NCBI GenBank assembly: GCA_937873005.1
Contig: CALMUY010000208.1
Span: 1-48,671, forward strand
DNA from: an uncultured Aeromicrobium sp.
GTDB taxonomy: Bacteria; Actinomycetota; Actinomycetes; Propionibacteriales; Nocardioidaceae
Reading direction: 5' to 3'
Length of the DNA stretch: 48,671 nt
The position numbers were made by a program, and so were the translations under genes. Below are positions 41,761-48,671 of the stretch, in pieces. Positions within the stretch are counted from its first letter, which is position 1, and each line of letters starts with the position of its first letter. The notes beneath the pieces are model-generated. The model was not told the DNA's origin. It saw only the letters and a program-made list of their open reading frames with translations, and ran no database searches.

Positions 41761-42649
41761 GTGTTTCTCCATGGAGTTCTAAATGCTCGGGGGACTCTTC
41801 AACTTCGTCCAGATCCACGTCGTGGTGTGCACCCAAGTAGGCATCGATCACGCGCGGGTCTTTCATGACGGATTCAGGAGTTCCTTCGGCCACGATTTGC
41901 CCTTGCGCCATGACGATGACCCAATCGGAAATATCGCGCACCATGTCCATGTCGTGCTCAACAAACAATACGGTTCGGCCTTCATCGCGAAGCGACTTTA
42001 CGTGGCCCAGCAGCGACTGTTTGAGAGCGGGATTAACGCCTGCCATGGGTTCGTCCAACATGATCAGTTCAGGATCTGCCATCAAAGCACGTGCCATTTC
42101 AAGCAACTTGCGTTGACCGCCGGACATGCTTCCGGCAAAGTCTTCACGCTTTGCATCGAGTTTGAACCGTTTCAGTAGTTCGTCGGCACGCGCGGTGATG
42201 TCGTCTTCTTGCTTCGCCCACAGTGGCTTAAATAGAGCCGCGAAGAAGTTCTCACCAACTTGGCTCGTGGCACCCAACCGCATGTTCTCAATGACCGTGA
42301 GTTTTGCCAGAACTTTCGTGAGTTGGAAGGTACGGACCATCCCGAGCCGGGCAACTTTAAAGGCTGCTTTGCGCTGTAGGGGAGTTCCGTTGAAACTCCA
42401 GGTTCCGTCATCGGGAACATCGAATCCGGTGAGCAAGTTGAAGAGCGTTGTCTTGCCCGCGCCGTTGGGGCCGATGAGTGCGGTAATTGCTCCGCGTTGA
42501 ATCTCGACGTGAGCGACGTCAACTGCTTTGAGTCCGCCGAATGTGCGGACGATGTTGTCCCCGATCACGATGGGATCGTTCTTAGGTGAACCTGGCTCGT
42601 GGGCAACACCCTCAAAGGCCGAGGTCGTGCCGGTGGTGTTAGCGGGCAT
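41753..42649 (-). CDS. livG: Branched-chain amino acid-type ABC transporter ATPase (LivG-like)
   Basis: FGGLKAV, GPNGAGKTTLFN, RTFQ, LDEPMAGVN, VEHDM, DAYLG. Confidence 0.92.
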   Translation of the reverse strand: MPANTTGTTSAFEGVAHEPGSPKNDPIVIGDNIVRTFGGLKAVDVAHVEIQRGAITALIGPNGAGKTTLFNLLTGFDVPDDGTWSFNGTPLQRKAAFKVARLGMVRTFQLTKVLAKLTVIENMRLGATSQVGENFFAALFKPLWAKQEDDITARADELLKRFKLDAKREDFAGSMSGGQRKLLEMARALMADPELIMLDEPMAGVNPALKQSLLGHVKSLRDEGRTVLFVEHDMDMVRDISDWVIVMAQGQIVAEGTPESVMKDPRVIDAYLGAHHDVDLDEVEESPEHLELHGETHD

Positions 42650-43634
42650 CGATCGCTATCTCCCTTCGATCTCCAAAAATCCCTTGTGGTCTGAAGACCA
42701 TGAGGAGCATCAGTCCGATTCCGACAAGAACAAAACGCACCAAGCTGACTTCGGTTGAGGTGAGTACCCAGGTGGGCAAGAGCGGATCTGGCCCGTTCGT
42801 GAGTTGTCCAAGAATGGCGGAAATGCCTGACATAAGGAACCAGAAGATCATGGCGCCTATGACTGGGCCCCACACTCGAGCTGCGCCGCCGAGAAGCAGC
42901 GCGGTGTAGGCAAAGAACGTGATGTTTGTCGAGTAGTCAGACGGTACAACTGATGCTTGCTTGAGTGCTAGATAAAGGCCGGCGATGCCGCCGAAGATGC
43001 CGCCCAAAATGAGTGCCTGCATCTTGTATGCGAAGACATTCTTGCCGAGGGAACGAACTGCGTCTTCGTCTTCGCGTATTGAGCGCAACACTCGACCCCA
43101 CGGACTGCGCATGAGCAGCCACGTGATGAGGACGCACAGGAGAACGAGTGCCCAGCCGACCACGGTTGACCACAATACAGAACGGCTGAACGAGACGAAC
43201 CCTAAATCGAGGCCGCTCGAAAAGGGATTGAGGTCCTGGTAGGGCTGCGCAAATCCGGAGAGCCCGTTTGAGCCACCGAACGTGTCCACCATTTCGGCAG
43301 AGCCGAAGATCAAGCGGAGAATTTCTGCCGCAGCGATGGTGACGATCGCCAGATAGTCAGCCCGCAAACGCAGAGTGGGTATGCCGAGGAGGAGTGCCAA
43401 ACCGATTGGGGCGATGAGCGCGATCGTTATTCCCAACCAGAAGGGAAGGTCAAAGGTAACAACGCTAACGGCGAGGCCATAGGCTCCGACAGCCATGAAT
43501 CCTGCTTGACCAAAGTTAAGCAAACCGGTGTAGCCGAAGTGGATATTCAAACCAATCGCTGCGAGCGCAAATACGATTGCTTCGGGTCCAAGAGCTGCCG
43601 AGAAAGCGGCGTCGATAATTGTTCCAAAGTCCAT
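42639..43634 (-). CDS. livM: ABC transporter permease (LivM-like)
   Basis: GYTGLLNFGQAGF, LRLRADYLAIVT, SPWGRVLRSIREDE, RPQGIFG. Confidence 0.92.
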   Translation of the reverse strand: MDFGTIIDAAFSAALGPEAIVFALAAIGLNIHFGYTGLLNFGQAGFMAVGAYGLAVSVVTFDLPFWLGITIALIAPIGLALLLGIPTLRLRADYLAIVTIAAAEILRLIFGSAEMVDTFGGSNGLSGFAQPYQDLNPFSSGLDLGFVSFSRSVLWSTVVGWALVLLCVLITWLLMRSPWGRVLRSIREDEDAVRSLGKNVFAYKMQALILGGIFGGIAGLYLALKQASVVPSDYSTNITFFAYTALLLGGAARVWGPVIGAMIFWFLMSGISAILGQLTNGPDPLLPTWVLTSTEVSLVRFVLVGIGLMLLMVFRPQGIFGDRREIAIDAR

Positions 43635-43642
43635 AATTGGTC

Positions 43643-44995
43643 CTATCCGACTCGCTGTGCTTTACCGAGGATGCCTTGTGGCCGCACCAGCAAAATAATG
43701 ATGAGAACTGCCATCGGGGCGACTTCCTTGATGGAGGTTGGGACGCCGAACATGGGCCCAACTTCCATCATGATTCCGATGATCAGCGAGCCGATGATCG
43801 CGCCCCAGATGGTGCCCAATCCGCCCAACGTAACCGCGGCGAAAATGAGTAGCAGCAATTGGTAGCCCATCATGAAGTTCACTTGGCTGTTGATTCCGAG
43901 CAAGACGCCCGAAAGTGCTGAAAGTGCGGCGCCAAGAATCCAGACGTTGCTGATGACACCGTCTACGCGCAGACCCGAAGATGCCGAGAGCGCTGGGTTA
44001 TCTGAGACAGCGCGCATGGCTTTGCCGAGTCGAGACTTCGCGAGTGCAAAGGTCGTGAGGGCGATAACCAAGATCGACACGAGAATAATGCCGATCTCTT
44101 TGTCCGCCAGATTGAAGACTCCGAGATACGTACTCTTTGACTGCCTCGTCCATTCAGCGTAAGGCTTCGTTGAAGCGCCAAACAAATACTGGAAAACATT
44201 GCGCAAGGCGATGCCAAAGCCGATTGAGACGATCATCATCGCGATGACACCCGTTCCTCGGTGCCTGAGTGGGCGCCAAAGTCCGCGATCTTGGATCCAG
44301 CCGAAAAAGCCGCCGACGATCACCGACAGCACGGCGGCAAGAACAAGTGGAATTCCAAGCAAAACGTTAAAAGCCCACGCCACAATTGCGCCGAGCGCCA
44401 CGAGTTCTCCGTGGGCGAAGTTCGTGAGGCCGGTGGTGCCAAAGATTAGCGACAGGCCAAGCGCGGCCAGGGCCATAATCAGGCCGAACTTGATCCCACC
44501 GACAGTTGCACTAATTAGTTGCTGGGACCGAGCCGTTGTTTTCACTTCAGTTCGATTTAACGGAAAGGCGACGTTCTGACCCATATCGAGTTTGACCGAG
44601 ACTTTGAGTTCTTTTGTACCCGTCAATTTGACACCCGCGGGAAGCGTCTTGGTATCGAGCGTCACGGTGTAGTCGCCGCGGCCGGGAATTGCGATGGCGG
44701 CAACACCCATATCGTTACTAACGCCTTCGCCAATCGGGTCACCGCTAGCGGTATCGGCGACTCGAACGGTAACGCCAGGTACGGGGACAGGATCACCTGC
44801 TGCGTCCTTTTTGGCCTCGTCTATGAGTCGCACCCGGATAGCAGGTCCCGTTACTGGCGCAGGTTCGCTTGTCCCTGTGGGAACCGCAACAGCGGGGCTA
44901 GGCGACGGGCTTGCAGGGGTGGCACTCGCCGGGAAACCGAGCATGATGAGCACGGCACTGGCAAGAGCGAAGAGTGTTGCGAAACGTAAACGCAC
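43643..44995 (-). CDS. livH: ABC transporter permease (LivH-like) with N-terminal extracytoplasmic extension
   Basis: GLSLIFGTTGLTNFAHGE, LGKAMRAVSDN, RPQGILG; AGGAG SD before GTG 44995. Confidence 0.9.
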   Translation of the reverse strand: MRLRFATLFALASAVLIMLGFPASATPASPSPSPAVAVPTGTSEPAPVTGPAIRVRLIDEAKKDAAGDPVPVPGVTVRVADTASGDPIGEGVSNDMGVAAIAIPGRGDYTVTLDTKTLPAGVKLTGTKELKVSVKLDMGQNVAFPLNRTEVKTTARSQQLISATVGGIKFGLIMALAALGLSLIFGTTGLTNFAHGELVALGAIVAWAFNVLLGIPLVLAAVLSVIVGGFFGWIQDRGLWRPLRHRGTGVIAMMIVSIGFGIALRNVFQYLFGASTKPYAEWTRQSKSTYLGVFNLADKEIGIILVSILVIALTTFALAKSRLGKAMRAVSDNPALSASSGLRVDGVISNVWILGAALSALSGVLLGINSQVNFMMGYQLLLLIFAAVTLGGLGTIWGAIIGSLIIGIMMEVGPMFGVPTSIKEVAPMAVLIIILLVRPQGILGKAQRVG

Positions 44996-45255
44996 ACTGT
45001 TCTCCTGTCGTATCAAGTTCGGCCACTGATTGTCTGTGGCAACACTTGAGCATAAACCAATGAGACGTTGGTCACTGCTCAATTCTGCTCGTGCCACTGT
45101 AGCGAATAAACATTTCTTACACATTTCCTGTTCTGGACTTCTGGTCTTCACGAGATCTGATCGGGACTACACTTAGATTTGGACATGTTCGATTGGTGTC
45201 CTGAACTCTCGGGCTTGATCAGTAGCGAGTTAAGTTGGGGAAAGTAGGTGTGTGC

Positions 45256-45876
45256 ATGCTTGTTCGACCTTCAATTGAAGTTCGACCCGCAACTGTCGAC
45301 GATGCTGCCGCGCTGGTAAATCTGTGGGCAGCAATTCGAGATGAAACTGCTCGCGAAGAACCAGAACTTACGCCGACGTCGGCGAGTGTTGCGAATCCTT
45401 CGGTAGAAGAAGCAGCGCGTGTCATCGAATTCAACGCGAATCGGCACGGTAGGCATGTAATTGTTGCGCTGATCGATGATCACATCATCGGTGTCGCAGG
45501 AACTGATGTCGTCACGTTTTCGATCATCGCCGAACCGAAAGTGCTTTTGCTCACCGACTTTCTCGTGCATCCCGATTTCCGTCGTCGCTCGGTCGGGGCT
45601 TCACTGCTCAAGACTGTCGCCACGCTTGCCGAAGCGGAGGGCTGTGGCGTTGTCGTTGCTTCTCTTCCGGGGATGGCCAAAGGGCCAAACCGCTACCTCA
45701 CCAAGCTCGGCTTCAATCAGGTTGCTGTGTTGCGTGCAGTGCCAATTGACCGCTTGAATGCCCGTCTCGCGGCAAAGTCCAGCGGGTCAAGAGAAACTGG
45801 ACGAATGGTGGCTGTCCGTCGTTCATTACGGCGGAGGTCAGCGACTTCGTCGGACTCCGCAGATGCACAGTCCTGA
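45256..45876 (+). CDS. GNAT-fold protein upstream of polA
   Basis: VRPATVDD start, LVHPDFRRRSVGASLL motif A, YLTKLGF; Arg-rich C-terminus. Confidence 0.85.
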   Translation: MLVRPSIEVRPATVDDAAALVNLWAAIRDETAREEPELTPTSASVANPSVEEAARVIEFNANRHGRHVIVALIDDHIIGVAGTDVVTFSIIAEPKVLLLTDFLVHPDFRRRSVGASLLKTVATLAEAEGCGVVVASLPGMAKGPNRYLTKLGFNQVAVLRAVPIDRLNARLAAKSSGSRETGRMVAVRRSLRRRSATSSDSADAQS

Positions 45877-45893
45877 AGCATTAGGCTTCAGGA

Positions 45894-48548
45894 GTGAAAC
45901 GCCTCTTACTCATTGACGGTCATTCTGTTGCCTACCGGGCATTCTTCGCACTTCCTGTAGATAATTTCGCTACGAAATCCGGCCAGGCTACGAATGCAGT
46001 TTTCGGCTTCACATCGATGTTCATCAATGTTCTTCGCGACGAGGCTCCAACCCACGTGGTCGTCGCATTTGATGTTTCGCGACATTCTTTCCGGACCGAT
46101 GAGTATCCCGACTACAAAGCAACCCGTTCTGCGTCGCCGCCAGAGTTCAAAGGGCAAGTCGAACTGATGAAGGAGGTGCTCGCCGCACTCGATGTTGAAT
46201 ACGTGCAAGTTGAAGGATTCGAAGCCGACGATTTGATTGCGACGTTGGCGAGCAAAGCAGAGGCTGCAGGCTTCGAGGTTTTGATCTGCACGGGCGACCG
46301 AGATGCGCTCCAATTGGTTTCGGAAAAAACCACAGTGCTGTATCCGATGCGTGGGGTTTCGAACCTCGCACGCATGACGCCCGAAGCTGTTAAAGAAAAG
46401 TACGGAGTGTGGCCGCAGCAGTATCCCGATATCGCCGCCCTCGTTGGTGAGCAGAGCGACAACCTGCCTGGTGTGCCGGGAGTGGGACCGAAAACTGCGG
46501 CAAAATGGATCAACCTTTATGGGGGACTGCCACAGATTCTCGCCCATCAGGCGGAAATCGGCGGGAAAGTGGGCGACTCCTTACGTGAGCACGTGGCAGC
46601 AGTCGAACGCAATCGCCGACTCAACGCACTCGTTCGGGATGTGGGGATAGAACTGCACCCTGACGATGCCCAGATCGTTCCTGAGTTTGATCGGTCCAAA
46701 ATTGACGAAGTGTTCGATGCTTTGGAGTTCTCTGCATTGCGTGACCGACTCTACGATCAATTCGCCACGACTGGCTCAACACCTGTTGTCGAGACGCGGG
46801 AGATCTCGAAGACCGCTCTAAGCCCTGATGGTGTCGCCACGTGGCTGGCGAACACTAAATCTGATCGTTGGGGTATTGAGTTCACAGGCTCGTGGGGCAG
46901 GGGGACCGGGTCTCTGGATGCTGTCGCCATCGCGCACGATGATGAAGCCGTATGGATCGATTGCACCACACTGACGGCGGAGGCGGAGAACGCGTTGGGA
47001 GCTTGGCTCGCGGACGGCGATATTGCCAAGGCCGTTCACGACGCTAAAGGGCCGTTGCTCGCTATGACGGCACACGGCTGGCGAATGGGTGGTCTTCAAG
47101 CAGATACGGCGATTGCCGCCTACATGCTGCGCCCAGACCAACGGGCATACGAGTTGGCTGATCTCGTGCGCGCCTATTTGGGCCGCGATATTGACACGAG
47201 CGATGCATTCGAATTGCAGTTGAGTTTCGACGTCGAATCTGACATGGAGCGCGTCATGGAGCGTGCGAATGCGGTACTCGAACTGTCTAGGGTGCTCGAT
47301 GACCGCCTTGTTGAGACAAACGCGAGGCGACTGTGTGACGACGTCGAACTGCCACTTATTCAGGTTCTGGGCAACATGGAAATAGCGGGGATCACGGTCG
47401 ACCTCGAGGTGCTGCACGGACTCGAGTCGGACTTTGGTAGGCGTGTCACCGCCGCCGCTGAGGCCGCCTACGATGCCATCGGCCACGAGGTGAATTTGGG
47501 CTCGCCCAAGCAACTTCAAACGGTGTTGTTTGAAGAACTCGACATGCCTAAGACGAAGAAGACTAAAACCGGTTGGACAACAGATGCGGAAGCACTCCAA
47601 CAACTTTTCGAGAAAACACAGCATCCGTTCTTGGCACATCTGCTTGAGCATCGCGATGCGAACAAGTTGCGTCAAACCGTAGAAACTCTGCGCAAGACTG
47701 TGTGCGATGACTCCAGAGTCCACACCACTTTTTCCCAAACCACCGCTGCCACGGGACGTTTGAGTTCAAACGATCCGAACGTTCAAAACATTCCAATCCG
47801 AACGCCGGCCGGACGCCGGATCCGGGAGGCGTTTGTCGCGGGTGTTGAACATTCAGTTCTCTTTACCGCAGATTATTCGCAAATCGAAATGCGAATCATG
47901 GCCCACATGTCTGGAGAGGCAGACTTAATCGCTGCGTTTCGTGCTGGCGAGGACTTCCACACGATGATGGCCGCACAAGTCTTCGAATGCGACCCTACTC
48001 AAGTGGATTCCGAATTGCGATCCCGTATTAAGGCGATGAATTATGGCTTGGCCTACGGTCTCAGCGCCTATGGTCTAAGCCAGCAGCTGGCTATCAGTCC
48101 GCCAGAAGCGCAACGGTTGATGGACACCTATTTCGAGCGTTTCGGCAAGGTTCAAGAGTACCTACAGGGCCTGGTTGAAACCGCGCGCAAGACGGGGTTC
48201 ACCGAGACGATCATGGGTCGCCGTAGATATCTCCCAGACCTGCAAAGCGACAATCGGCAGCGGCGGGAGATGGCCGAGCGGGTGGCACTCAATGCGCCCC
48301 TCCAAGGGTCGGCTGCAGATCTCATCCAAAGGGGCATGTTGAACGTAGCATCCGCGTTGGAAGCTGAGGGTTGCTCGTCGCGGTTGTTGCTTCAAGTCCA
48401 CGATGAATTGGTGCTGGAAGTGATCGAAGATGAGCGTTCGCTGGTGCGAGATATCGTCATACGCGAAATGGAAGGGGCAGCCGATCTGAGCGTTCCGTTG
48501 TCTGTGTCCGTCGGCGAAGGCCCCAACTGGTTTGCGGCGGGGCATTAG
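45894..48548 (+). CDS. polA: DNA polymerase I
   Basis: 5'-3' exonuclease (LLLIDGHS, EADD, DNLPGVPGVGPKTA), polymerase motifs ADYSQIE, KAMNYGLAYG, LQVHDEL. Confidence 0.99.
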   Translation: MKRLLLIDGHSVAYRAFFALPVDNFATKSGQATNAVFGFTSMFINVLRDEAPTHVVVAFDVSRHSFRTDEYPDYKATRSASPPEFKGQVELMKEVLAALDVEYVQVEGFEADDLIATLASKAEAAGFEVLICTGDRDALQLVSEKTTVLYPMRGVSNLARMTPEAVKEKYGVWPQQYPDIAALVGEQSDNLPGVPGVGPKTAAKWINLYGGLPQILAHQAEIGGKVGDSLREHVAAVERNRRLNALVRDVGIELHPDDAQIVPEFDRSKIDEVFDALEFSALRDRLYDQFATTGSTPVVETREISKTALSPDGVATWLANTKSDRWGIEFTGSWGRGTGSLDAVAIAHDDEAVWIDCTTLTAEAENALGAWLADGDIAKAVHDAKGPLLAMTAHGWRMGGLQADTAIAAYMLRPDQRAYELADLVRAYLGRDIDTSDAFELQLSFDVESDMERVMERANAVLELSRVLDDRLVETNARRLCDDVELPLIQVLGNMEIAGITVDLEVLHGLESDFGRRVTAAAEAAYDAIGHEVNLGSPKQLQTVLFEELDMPKTKKTKTGWTTDAEALQQLFEKTQHPFLAHLLEHRDANKLRQTVETLRKTVCDDSRVHTTFSQTTAATGRLSSNDPNVQNIPIRTPAGRRIREAFVAGVEHSVLFTADYSQIEMRIMAHMSGEADLIAAFRAGEDFHTMMAAQVFECDPTQVDSELRSRIKAMNYGLAYGLSAYGLSQQLAISPPEAQRLMDTYFERFGKVQEYLQGLVETARKTGFTETIMGRRRYLPDLQSDNRQRREMAERVALNAPLQGSAADLIQRGMLNVASALEAEGCSSRLLLQVHDELVLEVIEDERSLVRDIVIREMEGAADLSVPLSVSVGEGPNWFAAGH

Positions 48549-48671
48549 TTCATCGATCAGAGTCGTGCGCAATAAATGCCTTGCCCAGAGCGATCGTCTA
48601 CCTAGCGGGACTGCGTTGATTCAGGACTTTTCGCTTGGAGAATGGGGATCACCAGTAAGGCAAGTGCGCAC

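Noticed and set aside
45177-45192. Possible SOS box upstream of GNAT-polA
   Set aside because: Only the GTTCGA half matches; the left half ATTTGG does not fit TCGAAC
48549-48671. Possible promoter/leader of a downstream gene (rpsA often follows polA)
   Set aside because: The downstream gene is outside the window, so the call cannot be supported

Overview
Gene-dense, mostly housekeeping chromosome segment of an actinomycete. Gene order and proteins resemble Propionibacteriales/Nocardioidaceae, although GC is only in the high-50s % by eye; the taxonomy is inference. Order: proS (3' part), two small DUF4439-locus genes, rimP-nusA-ylxR-infB-rbfA-truB-ribF, a five-gene accessory cassette, rpsO-pnp, dapB, azlD/azlC/GNAT, thyA-folA, thioesterase, dapA-rnj, ftsK-pgsA-cinA-clgR-like HTH-DUF3046, recA-recX, hotdog protein, miaB, gltB-gltD, pyk, tRNA-Leu(CAA), ANTAR response regulator, Liv-type ABC transporter, GNAT, polA. 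No transposase, integrase, phage gene or CRISPR array was seen. Two observations stand out. (1) A chain of four mini-ORFs linked by 4-nt stop/start overlaps fills the ylxR-infB gap and ends at the infB Shine-Dalgarno, a candidate re-initiation relay controlling IF2 synthesis. (2) A cassette between ribF and rpsO encodes a secreted Ser/Thr/Lys/Pro-repeat protein plus a stand-alone non-RD Ser/Thr kinase, facing a secreted poly-Asp protein plus a two-component system; its two promoters share an identically spaced operator architecture. Also notable: a non-canonical tRNA-Leu(CAA), a dual LexA/PafBC-type recA promoter, the Actino-pnp RNA motif and widespread leaderless-type gene starts.
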